From: Bugula neritina
Taxonomy: Eukaryota; Animalia; Bryozoa
Assembly (NCBI GenBank): GCA_964035545.1
Contig: OZ037769.1
Coordinates: 6,429,929-6,493,928 of the forward strand
Length of the DNA: 64,000 nt
Reading direction: 5' to 3'
The notes below the pieces were generated by a model. It had not been told where the DNA came from. It saw only the letters and a program-made list of their open reading frames with translations, and searched no databases. Made by a program: the position numbers and the translations under genes. Of the stretch, positions 53,301 through 64,000 are shown piece by piece; within the stretch, counting starts at the first letter, position 1; each line of letters starts with the position of its first letter.

Positions 53301-56300
53301 AACAAATCATCTTGGCATTCTTCTCTTTCCTTATTGTGATCAATAATTCCAGCACCAGCAGCATCTAGAGTCATCACAGCTCCAACAGTCATAGAGTCGG
53401 TAGGCGTCTCCCGCTCAAAATACTTCTTCAGCATGTTGGCATGGTATGTTCTCCTCTTGCCTCTAATGTTGATAATGTAGTCATTCAGTCTGACTTTCTC
53501 CTCAATATTGAATGGTCCTTGCCAATGCATCAGCAATTTATTTCCATCCGTAGGTAGAAGAATGAGCACTTTGTCACCAGGTCTGAAGTCTCTCTGCTTA
53601 GCTTTCTTGACAAAATAGTGTTTGTATCTTTTTTTGACTGTCTTTTAGCGAAGCTAGTGCCATTTCCATCATGTCATCTAAACGCTCTCTCAATTCAAAA
53701 ACATGTTGATAGCAGGTCTTGACTTCATCGGCAGTGTCTTCTTTTGTCCAAAGTTGTCGCAGGATGTACATTGGTCCACGCACAGTTCTTCCATAGAGTA
53801 ACTCGAATGGGGCGAAGCCTGTTGATTCCTGTGGGACTTCTCTATATGCAAATAGAGCCGCATTGATGAACCGATGCCACTGTCTTGGCTCTTTAGCACA
53901 CAACTTTTTTAACATACTCTTGAGGGTTCCGTTGAACTTTTCCACAAGTCCATTGGCCATTGCATGGTACGGTGAGGTAGGAAGTTGCCGCATGTCAAGT
54001 AATCTGGTAAACTCTTTCATGTAGTCCGAGATGAATTGAGTTCCTTGATCGCTTATCACCTCCTCTGGTATCCCAACACGACTGTATATGTCAAGCAGCG
54101 CTTCAGCTACAGTAGCTGAGTCAATGTTCTTCAATGGTGTAGCTTCAGGGTATCTTGTAGCATAGTCAACTAAAGTTAGAATGTAGCGGTGTCCTTCCTC
54201 ACTTGGAGGGTTAATTGGTCCGATTAGGTCTATTGCACATCTCTTGAATGGGGTGTCAATTAGTGGAGTTTCCTGTACTGGAACTTTCATGACTGAGCCT
54301 TTTTTCACCGTCTTCTGGCAAATGTCACATGATTGACAGAAACGTACGACATCTCCGTTTAGTCCTGGCCAGAAGAAGTTGGAAAGCACTCTATCAGTGG
54401 TTTTCTTTACTCCTAGGTGTCCGCTCATTATGCAGTCATGAGCTTTCTGTAGAACTTCCTTCCTCAGTGAACTGGGTACCATGAGTTGTTTAACAGGTTT
54501 TACACTGGCAGACTTCGAGTCGGTGTACTCACGGTACAGAATCTTATTTCTCACCACAAACCTAGTGGTGCATCCCTTTTTCTCCTTCACTTCTTTTGCA
54601 TCGAAGAAACGCTCCAATGTGGGGTCATCCCTCTGCAGTCTGGCTATTTCATCTTTCCCTATACTTAATGGGTTAGCATTTGAATCAATCATCAGGGGTT
54701 TGTCTCCTGACTTCTCCTTGACAGCTTGAGCTCTTGTGGTTACGGCGCAGTCCTTCCAGTTTTCCAGCGGTTGGTCAGCTGATCTCGCTCCATCCACATT
54801 CCCAATAAGCAGGTCACAAATCGTCTTGTCCATTACTGCAGCTTTGACAACACCATTGTAAAATGGTGAGCGCACTGAGATAAGTGCCCACTGAGCCTCC
54901 TTAACACTTGCATCAGCCATCTTCAGATAAACTGATTCTCCAGTTAAATGTTGAGGTTGCACGTACTTTGCATTGACTACAATGCAACCACAGCCGGTGT
55001 CGCGCATTACAGTAGCTCGTTGGCCATTAACTTCCGCATCAAATATCGCTGTGCCCCCATCTTTGAATTTAGGTCCATTCTTGCAGACAGCAGCGTTGAC
55101 AAACTTTTTACCATTAACTGTGATTTCCGTAGGTTCTTCCACTTTAGATGAGATTCCTGGATCTGTGACCACAGTCTTATTCGGAGTAGTCGCTATTGCA
55201 GCAGCAGCATGCACTGACCTTCCACCATACTTTCTGCAGTCTGAAGTATTGTGGTTGTTCATCTTGCAATGCGAACAGTACTTCTTCCCTCGCCGTGGGC
55301 AATTACGAGCAATGTGTGACTTATCTTTGCAGATGAAGCATGCACCATTGCTTTTACTTCCTTGTTCAGCATTCATGCTATCGGCAGGTGTGTTTTCCAT
55401 CCTTTTTGTATTAGTTTTCTTTGTCTTTGCTAGTTTCCTTCCACGAGCGTGCAAGAACAGTGACGCTGCATCACACATATCCTCACTACTGTTGTAGGAA
55501 CTTTGCTTTAAATGCACAGCTAGGTCGTCTGGGCATGATGATATAAATTGTTCAGTCGCCACTAGTTTGGCTATGTCCATGCCCCCTGAAAGCTCCACCC
55601 ACTTGTGCACATAACTTTCTATCCTAGTGAATAGTTGGGCAGGAGTTTCATCCTCGTAAGCTTCTGCCTCTCTGAGCTTTTTTCTGTAGCCCTCTTGAGT
55701 CAAGTTAAAGCGCTCCAACAAGGCTTCTTTGACTTTTTTATAATCTCTACGATCGGTAGGTGACAACCGGATGTAAGCTTCTGTTGCTGTACCCCTTAGG
55801 TACTGACTGAGATGGTAGGGCCAATCTCCCTTGTCCCAGTTACATCCTTCGGCAACCCACTCGAACCGCTCTAAATAGCTATCCATTTCATCCACCTTCT
55901 CATCAAAGAATGGTATTTTTGGTTTTGGTTTGTTAGCTATTTCTAACCTGGTGCTCTCATGTCTTGAGTGCTCCAAACTTGTGTTAGCTTTCAGCTTTTC
56001 CATATCTAATTCATGTTGTTGTCTTCTCTCTTCTGCCTCCTGGTCAGCTTTTATCTTGAGTGCCATTGTCTCCTGATCAGCTTTAACCTTGAATGCCGTT
56101 GCCTCCTGATCAGCTTTTATCTTCATCTCCATTAAGGCTTTCTCATTCTCTTGCCTGATCTTTTCTGCCTCACGCTCTAATCTACGTTCCTCTCGGTCCT
56201 TTTCTTTTTCTTCTTGTGCAGCAACAATGGGTAGGTTCTTTTCAACAAAAGCTATGAGCTTGTCCTCCACCAACCCAAGGTCTTTACCCATCTGTGTCAC

Positions 56301-59300
56301 TCTCTCCAACAACGCCATAATGTCTCAACAACTGTTAATTAATCCTGTGTATACTCACGTTGTAACTAATAACTTCCCTGTGTGCGACTGAGACTTCCCG
56401 GAGCAGCCCCCAATTGTCACAAAACTGTTGGTAGCAGTGTGACGAGTTCGAAAAGTCTGGTAGTCAGAAGTATAGAGACAAGTAGCATACAGCTTGCTAA
56501 TCCAGTTGAGAGTAAATAGAGTAGACTTTATTTCTCTAGTAAGACATGCACAGATGAACTTATAAAAATGAACTCCAAGAATGAACTGCGAGAATGAACT
56601 GATTCGTAAACACAACTGCCTCAGTATTTATAGTAAACAAAACACTCTAGAACATTCTCAAGCATTCCAGTATAGAATATTCTAGTAGAAAACATTCCCC
56701 ACATGCCAATACTATTTATAGAAAATCAAAACAAAACAAAACATTGGAATTTCCATGGTTATTCGCAATTATTGCGCAACACCTTGTTTACATTGCTGGG
56801 CAGTAGTTAACATGACTAATGAAAACAATAACAATGAACAATGACCCATCTCTTTGATCAGTCTAGAACATTTATGAACATTCGTGTATAATCATTAGGA
56901 AAAACCCGGTAAGTCTATTTATAGGTATATGTACACTCAGAATTTGTGACATGAGACATGGTATAGGAGAGTTCACTGAGTCTTGGTGAGATGGAGCCAT
57001 CCTCTTCATCCGTCTCCGAATCGGAAAGACCGCTTCCCTAAAACCACACGAGTAATATTGTAACAAAATTTATCAACAGGTATGAACTTTTGAAGCTCCA
57101 ATAATGCAATTTTATTTTCAAAAAAGAATTTGAAGCTAACGACACAAACTCAGAGTAACAAATGAGCTTCAGCATAAAACGCTTTGAAAACAACATTAAA
57201 TTCCATAATTCAAACATCGGTTGGCAAAAACTATTATTTCATATTTAAAGCTTGTTTTTATAACTTATATGCAGTAATCAGATAAAATACAATTTTGATT
57301 AAAATGACATTTTCTATGCACAACATTAATCACCAATCTCTCTAGCAGTTTAATTAGCTTTGTTTAAAAAATTATTATTATGTAGAAAGTGTTTTGAAAG
57401 AATCCGGTCAGATTTAAACTAGCAGCTATATTTAATATTTGTGAAATTTCCCATAAAATAGAGAAGATAAATCCTCTAATGTATGAGTCACATTAATTAC
57501 CAGTGACTCATTATCACTTTCTCCACCACTGAGAGCCAGCTCAGCTAGGTCACCATCTATCTCATCCTCACCACTCAAAGATCTCTTCACTATAGCCCTA
57601 GATCTAAACCGTAGCGGTAGCGTATCATCTTCCCCCATCACAGATTCATTCTGAGAAAAAAAATTGGCTAACTTTAAACATAATTAAAAAACAGTGCATT
57701 CGCTGTTGAGATAATTTTTAAAAAGAGAAACAATTTCTTAACAGTTTCAGAATTCCAAGTTGAAGAATAATAAAAACACAGGCTTTGTAAGTGGCAATTT
57801 CATATATTAGACTAAGGACCAGAACTGACCTCTTCAGGTATGGGGGAGTGGAGCCTGTGCCGATCAATATAGTCAGCCTGTTGTAAAAAATATTAAAACA
57901 TAAACTTATACAGTTGTGCATACTCATGGCATGCTGATCACCTCTGTAGACACGCAGTATATGCAGATAACATGTTTAGGAAAATATGTAAAAATAATAC
58001 CAAGTCTAGCTAATAATTATAATACAGTCACAGTAGATTATTTGTGGTTAGAATATAAATTCAGAATAAGATAAGACGATTGAATAACTTCATAGAAAAC
58101 ATCTCACAAATCACAACATGTGACCAAAGGATGTCCAGTACAGTCACAAGATATATCATAATATTTCAACATTAAAATAGATGAAAAGAAAATATGATAC
58201 AAGTAACAAATAATCATTGAAACACTATAAATAGAAGTGAAAGGTCACCTCATTAATTTGAATATGGGTCAGAGGGTCAGATGAACTGTCTGGTTCAATG
58301 GTCTGTTTAACAGACGTGTGCCCAGCATCCATAGCATGCCAGGAGGCTGTGCGGCCCATCTGATCACACAGAGTAATATCTGCTCCTTTTGTCACAAACA
58401 ACTCACTTATCTGTCTGTTGCCTACAACCAGTAAAATTAATCTGCTGCGCAACCGTTTATATATACACACAATAAGTCCTACACTCCACGAAACTGTTGG
58501 AGATGAAAAAATATCAAATATAGAGTCATACAGAAGACAAAGCTAATTTAAAGTGCTACAAATATACTTGATTATGGCAAGATATATTCTATTGAAAGAG
58601 CCGCATAGATTAAAACTACCCATAATACTAAAAATAATACCAATGGCATGTATATATTTATTCATACATATATATTCATATATATATGTACACACCCTCT
58701 GCAATTGTTTAACATGTAAATTCTTATAACATACTCTTTTACAAAAATTACTTTAATTACAAGTCAACAAACTTATGGGTGCCGTGCTAGCACATAGAAA
58801 GTAGAAAGCTTCTTAGAACACATAATATAAAGAGCCGTATTTCATTGACACTAATAAACAAACACTGATCGACAGTAGATAGAAAATGCTTCAGACATGC
58901 TGTCGTAGAGTTGTCTCACCATTTTCAGCAGCGCACATGAGCGCAGTGCGCCCAAACTTGTCCTGAGTGTTGACATTAGCACCACGATCCAGCAGCTCCT
59001 TACATACATTTAGATGACCAATCTGAGCTGCATAAAACAAGGGGGTTCTGCCGTCCTACAAGATGTTATAATTTTTACAAAATACTCGGTAGCTATAAAT
59101 ATAAAACAGGAAACTGGGCTTGAGTATCTGAATTGACATAAGTATTAGTTATTCTATGGGTAAATGTGGAACAAACACATGAGCTATAATGTCAGTAATA
59201 CTGGCATATTCAGTATGGTAAAACATTTTATTTTCAAAATATGTATATGGGAGCAGCCGTGGTCTAGGAGTTAAAGTGTTTGGCAAACACGAAGTCATGG

Positions 59301-61359
59301 GTTCGAACTTCGACAAAGGCTATTAGTGATTTTAGGAAGAGAATCCAATCATAATTGCTCCTGTGCCTCATTTAAATAAGTCCTTAGCTCGATTTAACCA
59401 AAAAACCCTTTTCACCAGGGGTTTCTCACAGAGATGGCAACAATAAAATTGCGTGAGTTTTTTTAATATCTGAGTTTAATTATGGTATATATAACAAACT
59501 TAGCCTATGAATTAGTATGAATCGCCACTGGTGTGCTGTGGTATAATCTTTTATTGTTACTAGGTAATATTACTACACTTTAATAAACTTTTTATAGCAC
59601 AAGCTTGTAACTTCACAACTGCATAAAACTAGTCTAGAGTTCTGTAGATTGTTAAACAGTTTAGTGATTACCGAGTAGAACAAAACAACTTTAAAATATA
59701 AGTAGAATAAGCAGTTGAGGTGTAATGTACATGCTGACTACACATGTAAGATAACACAGGGTGAACTCATTAACCTGAGTAACAACTAATAATATATCAT
59801 CACTAATTTGCCACACGCATAAGTATGTTCATTACACACTTAGCCTATCAACATGTCATGCATAATGTCATCGATTTTATGTAGATTTCTATAGAACTGG
59901 ACAGTTTGTGAATAGATTATAACAATAACAATAACTGTAATGATGTATTAATTACTGTTGACTATTTATTGATAAAATGCTAAGCAGTATAACTGAAATG
60001 AGTCAACATTGTGAATGACGATTTTATACAGCGCATATAATTCATGTATTACAATGTAGGTATGGTGCATCATACAATAGGTTAAGTGTAGAGCAGTTAG
60101 CCAATAAATGTATTGTAAAAAAATCCCAAAGGTAGAGGTACTTGCTGAATATTGTGTGTTTAAGAAGTAGAATAACTGAATACTAATAAAAATTAGCTAA
60201 AACTTTTTTTTAAGATTTCTATGTTGTAAAAATTACGCTCTCACCTCATCAATAGCTTTGATGTCATTTGGGTATTTCCTGATCAAATTGATTACACAAT
60301 CTAAACTTCCTCCGATACAAGCCTGATGCAATGCAGTCATGTTGTTCTCATCTCTCGGCCAATCATCTTCCTTTGACTACGTTCAAATATGAAAAGCACC
60401 AAATAATATTGAATAAACATAATAAAACCAAAAGTTTTATAGTCAGAAGAAGTACCTACTCTATCACCTTGCATTTAACATCAAATTATTATTTTTCACT
60501 TAAGGCAAAGTGACTCAACGTCTTTCCTAACATCACCTAGCACTTGTATAGACTATCGCTATATACTACTTAAAATCAACTCCCAGCATTTAGTGTTTTA
60601 AAACATCTTCACTACATGTAATGTACTTAGCTCAGAATATATTAACTTACGTGACTGAGAACTTCTAATACTTCTGAGGCTCCATGACGGGCAGCACAGT
60701 GAAGTGCCGTTCTACCTTGAAAGTCCACTGCAGTTACATTAGCACTATAGGCAATCAGTAACTGCACAACGTCATACTTGTTTCTCATAGCTGCCACATG
60801 AAGACTACAAAATAGGAGTGTTTTATTTGAAACAAATTAAACAGACAAACATACAGCATTTCTATTAAAACAACATCTACCTCTACTAATAACTTATGTA
60901 TTTAGATTTACCAATGCTGGTAAATAAACTATCCTCAAAAGTTACTACAATAATATGACTACTTACGCCGAGTGACCTTGGGGGTCAAGCTTTGTTGAGC
61001 ACACTTTCTTCTTTTTAAGCAATGATATGATTTCCTGTAATTCGCTTCTTTCAATGTGTTGCATCAGTTTCTCGTCATTCTTATTCCATTCACTCAACTG
61101 ACAAATATTTCAGGAACTGTCAGCATTTTGAGTGAAAGCAGTTCAAATATTTTCACAGTTAAAACAGTCAAACAATAATTTCCTGCAATGTGTATAAATG
61201 AAATTTTGCCAGACCCTTTGATAACCCAGATTATGTCTTATATTTCAGTGCTGTACACAAATCTAAAGTTATATAGATTAGAATAAAAATACTCACATCA
61301 CTGAGGCTTTTCCGAGAAAGCTTTGAAAACAGACCAAGTCCTTTTCCTTTTGAGTTCAT
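47308..61359 (-). CDS. RAI14/UACA/ANKRD24-family ankyrin-repeat plus coiled-coil protein (~986 aa once the LTR element is removed; disrupted in this haplotype); exons 61359-61297, 61097-60967, 60804-60651, 60376-60245, 59055-58920, 58421-58249, 57877-57830, 57650-57501, [57037-56952 + 52575-52534], 51792-51327, 51212-51054, 50621-50493, 50186-50090, 49704-49523, 49381-49271, 48989-48794, 48445-48280, 47868-47661, 47439-47308
   Basis: N-terminus ...RKSLSD|LSEWNKNDEKLMQHIE...LLKKKKVCSTKLDPQGHSALHVAA resembles RAI14/UACA. Ankyrin repeats GRTALHCAA, MTALHQAC, GRTPLFYAA, GRTALMCAA, then an acidic/Ser linker and heptad coiled coil. C-terminus HHQETIEIYRNNLIMASKNLLDSDIKEAILYVIELR matches the family's conserved tail. 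Phases are consistent throughout. Confidence 0.88.
52581..53117 (-). repeat. 3' LTR (537 bp)
   Basis: No mismatch to 56415-56951 seen by eye. Confidence 0.95.
53164..56318 (-). CDS. gag-pol remnant: gag with two CCHC knuckles, aspartic protease, integrase, frameshifted integrase C-terminus, RNase H tail
   Basis: The 906-aa ORF has CFICKDKSHIARNC and CSHCKMNNHNTSDC knuckles, protease MRDTGC, integrase zinc site AHDCIMSGHLG...CQSCDIC and core AIDL/ISDQG/NGLVE. An extra A in an A7 run at 53629-53635 shifts to PGDKVLILLP...WQGPF, which is followed directly by NSRVMRWAMYLQDF...NVGADYLSR. No YxDD RT domain is present. Confidence 0.9.
56415..56951 (-). repeat. 5' LTR (537 bp)
   Basis: Direct repeat of 52581-53117, followed on the minus strand by the PBS. 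Confidence 0.95.
59249..59440 (+). mobile_element. Degenerate tRNA-derived SINE, intronic
   Basis: A-box-like TGGTCTAGGAGTTA and B-box GGTTCGAAC, followed by a non-tRNA body (TTAGGAAGAGAATCCAATCATAATTGCTCCTGTG). No complete cloverleaf. The 3' end is approximate. Confidence 0.6.
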
Positions 61360-61486
61360 TTCTCTTTTTAAGAAATTGCAATCAACGTTCTAGCTACAAT
61401 GATTTTTTTCAACATAGCATATAATATTGTAGAAATGTGACAAAAGTGTTAATTGTTGTAGTGGCATATTGTTGTTTATGCATATA

Positions 61487-63708
61487 CAGTGCTGTGAAAA
61501 AGTTTAAGGACGCTTGCAGAAATTTCTATGTATCTTGTTTAATAGGCATTTTTGGAAGTTCTTAGTATTTTCCTGCAAGTTCTATATATCAAAATAATCC
61601 TTAGAATGTTCACTACAATTTCCATCTCATAAATTTCTACTGCTGTAATGTTTTCTACCCATTTTCGGGCCAACTACACAAGCAGCTAGGAAAGCGCAAC
61701 TCCTGTGTTTTTATGTTTCCAAAATTTATCGCTTCTGATAACCACAAAAGGCTAAACAGTGAAATTTTATATGTGCATGGCATCATGATATCATAAAGCA
61801 TGACTTTCTTCCATAATTTAAAATCTGTCATTCAGTTGTAAGCTTTTACATGGTGTCCACTTGGGTGCTTCGCATAGACAAAATGAGAGCTGTAAATCTT
61901 ACTTCAAAAGCAAGGTTTGTAATAATTTTCTTGCATAACGAAGGTTATGCAATTAGGAAATTATCTGAAAAGGTTGGCAAAGCAAAGACAACTGTACATC
62001 AAATTATCAAGAAGTTTATGGAGACTGGCAGTGTAGCAGATCAACCTGGAAGTGGACGACCAAGAATAAGCACACCCAGAGATGACAAGGTTCTCATTAG
62101 GATCAGCAAGAAGGATCCTCATAAAACAAGTTCTGAGTTGGCAAAGAATGCTCAGAATCAACAGGAACAGCAGCGTCGACATCCCAGATAATGTGAAGAT
62201 TGCTGAGCCGTCGTCTACGTGGCTGCAAAGCAAGAAGGAAGCCTCTACTAACCGAGAAGTAGCAAAAAACCAGCTACGGTGGGCCAAGGAGCATGGTATA
62301 GTTAGACAGTGAGTGCTTAGAAAAAAGTGATTATTTCAGATGAATCCACATTTAATGTGAACAATCATGCTGGAAACTGTTTTGTTAGAAAATACCAGTA
62401 TGAGAAATATAACCCCTTATGTGTTCTTCGAACAATTAAGCACCCTATCGGTGTTATGTTCTGGGGTTGTATAACATCAAAAAGTGTAGGTCGACTCATT
62501 AATTGCTCTGGAATGATGTTAATGCTCAAAAATATATGGAGAATCTCAATGCTAAACTTCTTCCAATCATAAAAAACTACTTTTTAAATGAAATTAACAT
62601 ATTTGAAGATGACAATGCACCATGCCATTGGGCAAAAACTGTTGAAGAGTGGATGAAAAAGCAGAGGGTCTCAACGCTTAACTGGCCAGCACACAGCCGG
62701 GACTTGAACCCAATAAGAAATTCATGGTCAAGAACGGCTAAAATAGTCTCTTCACAGAAACCAACAACTAAGGTGACACTCATAGAGCCTGTAATTCATG
62801 CATGGCATCATGTGGTGACTGAAAACGAGTTAAGTTGCGTTTATACCTTCACGATTTTCGGTCAAAATTTCAATTTGGCCGGGTTGAAATTTCTCCGAGT
62901 TGCATTGCATTGTAAAAGGCACTCGTTGAAATTTTTGTACTGTGATAACTTAATCGGCCAATTTTAGAATAGGAGTAATAACTCCTTGTAAACATCGTTA
63001 TTTAGTTATTACTTTGGCGATTAGACAACGTACTTATACGGTTATAATTATATAGCCTACGCTTTCTCAATTATCGCTTTTATGCTTTCCGCTTCACTAA
63101 TTCACGACGTTTATAAAGGGCATCAAATAGCTATTATGCGAGTCAAATTTCAATTTCAGAAAGTGAGCAGCCGCATCAATATGATTTCAACGAGTTTAAG
63201 TTTGACTATAAAGGGGTACCCGGACAAGCATTATTAACTTAAACTCGGTACTTTTTTCAGCAGAGGTATAAACGCAACTTTAGAGAAGCTGTACGAGTCG
63301 ATGCCTCGTCGCTGCCGACTAGTGATTGAGAATAAAGGCTGGCCAACAAAACATTGATACTAAAATTTAAAGCACTGTGTGTTGCAATGCTGCTATAATG
63401 TGTATAACAATTCACATGTAATATTTTTTTATGTTTCAAGTAAAATATTCTAATATCCTACAGTGCACACAAATTGTGAAAAGATCGAAAAATTCCCATA
63501 TATTCATAGTATCTCATTGTTTCACCCAAATTTTGGAAGGAAGTGAAAAAAGAGACTAATAATTTATATAAATGCAATAAGGAGACCTTAAGGGTCATTT
63601 TGATAGGCACCATGCCTATGGATATGCTTTTGTTATGCCTTGAAATTAGCTTGGAACTTTGCTATTATGGAAAACAGTGAGGCGTCCTTAAACTTTTTCA
63701 CAGCACTG
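61487..63708 (+). mobile_element. Tc1-like DNA transposon, 2222 bp, decayed transposase
   Basis: Perfect 27-bp TIRs CAGTGCTGTGAAAAAGTTTAAGGACGC with TA on both sides. Transposase fragments include an HTH with SGRPRIST, IISDES, FWGCI, FEDDNAPCH, WPAHSRDLNPI and LYESMPRR...KGWPTK, broken by frameshifts and stops. Confidence 0.93.
62833..63279. mobile_element. 447-bp MITE nested in the Tc1 transposase (TTA TSD, PIF/Harbinger-like)
   Basis: TIR AGTTGCGTTTATACCT / AGGTATAAACGCAACT, with TTA at 62830-62832 and 63280-63282. Removing it restores ...ENEL-EKLYESMPRR.... Confidence 0.88.
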
Positions 63709-64000
63709 TAGTTATGTTCTGTTGTATTATTTGTATATGATCAAGCACTGAAGGTGTAGAGCTTAACAATAGTGTGTATAGCAATGTAGCTATACAGTAT
63801 GATAGCTATAACTAGCCTAGAATGTAGATAACCCCAAGGTGCTGATCACTTAGAACTTGACTAGCCGGTGAGTAACTTCAATACAATAACATAACAAAAA
63901 TAAGAATATATTTTACATAGTTTCTTTTTGAAATGCTATACCTACATTCATCAACATAAAACTATATTTCGAAAATATCTATTTATATTTTGTATTTATA

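Larger units (their letters stand above)
52581..56951 (-). mobile_element. Ty3/Gypsy LTR retrotransposon (Gmr1-like PR-INT-[RT]-RH order), 4371 bp, RT deleted
   Basis: Two 537-bp LTRs (TGTCACAAA...TTTGTGACA) and a 5-bp TSD TGAGA at 52576-52580 and 56952-56956. PBS TGGGGGCTGCTCCGGGA (tRNA-Pro-like) lies next to the 5' LTR, and PPT AGAATGGGGGGT next to the 3' LTR. Confidence 0.96.

Noticed and set aside
53629-53635. Programmed -1 frameshift at an A-run in the integrase
   Set aside because: Restoring the integrase needs one A removed, and the site is not at a gag-pol boundary. A homopolymer slip or sequencing error is more likely.
54481-55497. Plus-strand ORFs up to 174 aa inside the LTR element
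   Set aside because: Antisense shadows of the gag-pol ORF with no recognisable motifs.
59249-59325. Functional tRNA gene
   Set aside because: A/B boxes are present, but there is no paired acceptor or anticodon stem; better explained as a SINE head.

Overview
AT-rich, intron-rich animal (invertebrate-like) nuclear DNA in the standard genetic code; I cannot identify the species. Splicing exons by eye (GT-AG, phase-consistent) gives five genes. (1) A + strand ~1017-aa protein joining a GlnD/GlnE-like (DUF294-type) nucleotidyltransferase to a long TPR array, almost all in one 2.9-kb exon; this is the most unusual gene in the window. (2) A 7-exon IAH1-like SGNH/GDSL esterase (-), absent from the ORF track. 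(3) A small orphan + strand gene. (4) A 25-exon POLR1B (RNA polymerase I second-largest subunit, -) whose introns carry many minisatellites and MITEs. (5) A RAI14/UACA/ANKRD24-like ankyrin plus coiled-coil gene (-), one of whose coding exons is split by a young RT-less Ty3/Gypsy element with Gmr1-like domain order and apparently identical LTRs. Also present: a 5'-truncated APE-RT LINE with one nonsense codon just upstream of POLR1B, a decayed Tc1 transposon with a nested TTA-flanked MITE, a tRNA-derived SINE and several palindromes. Family assignments come from motif recognition, not database searches.
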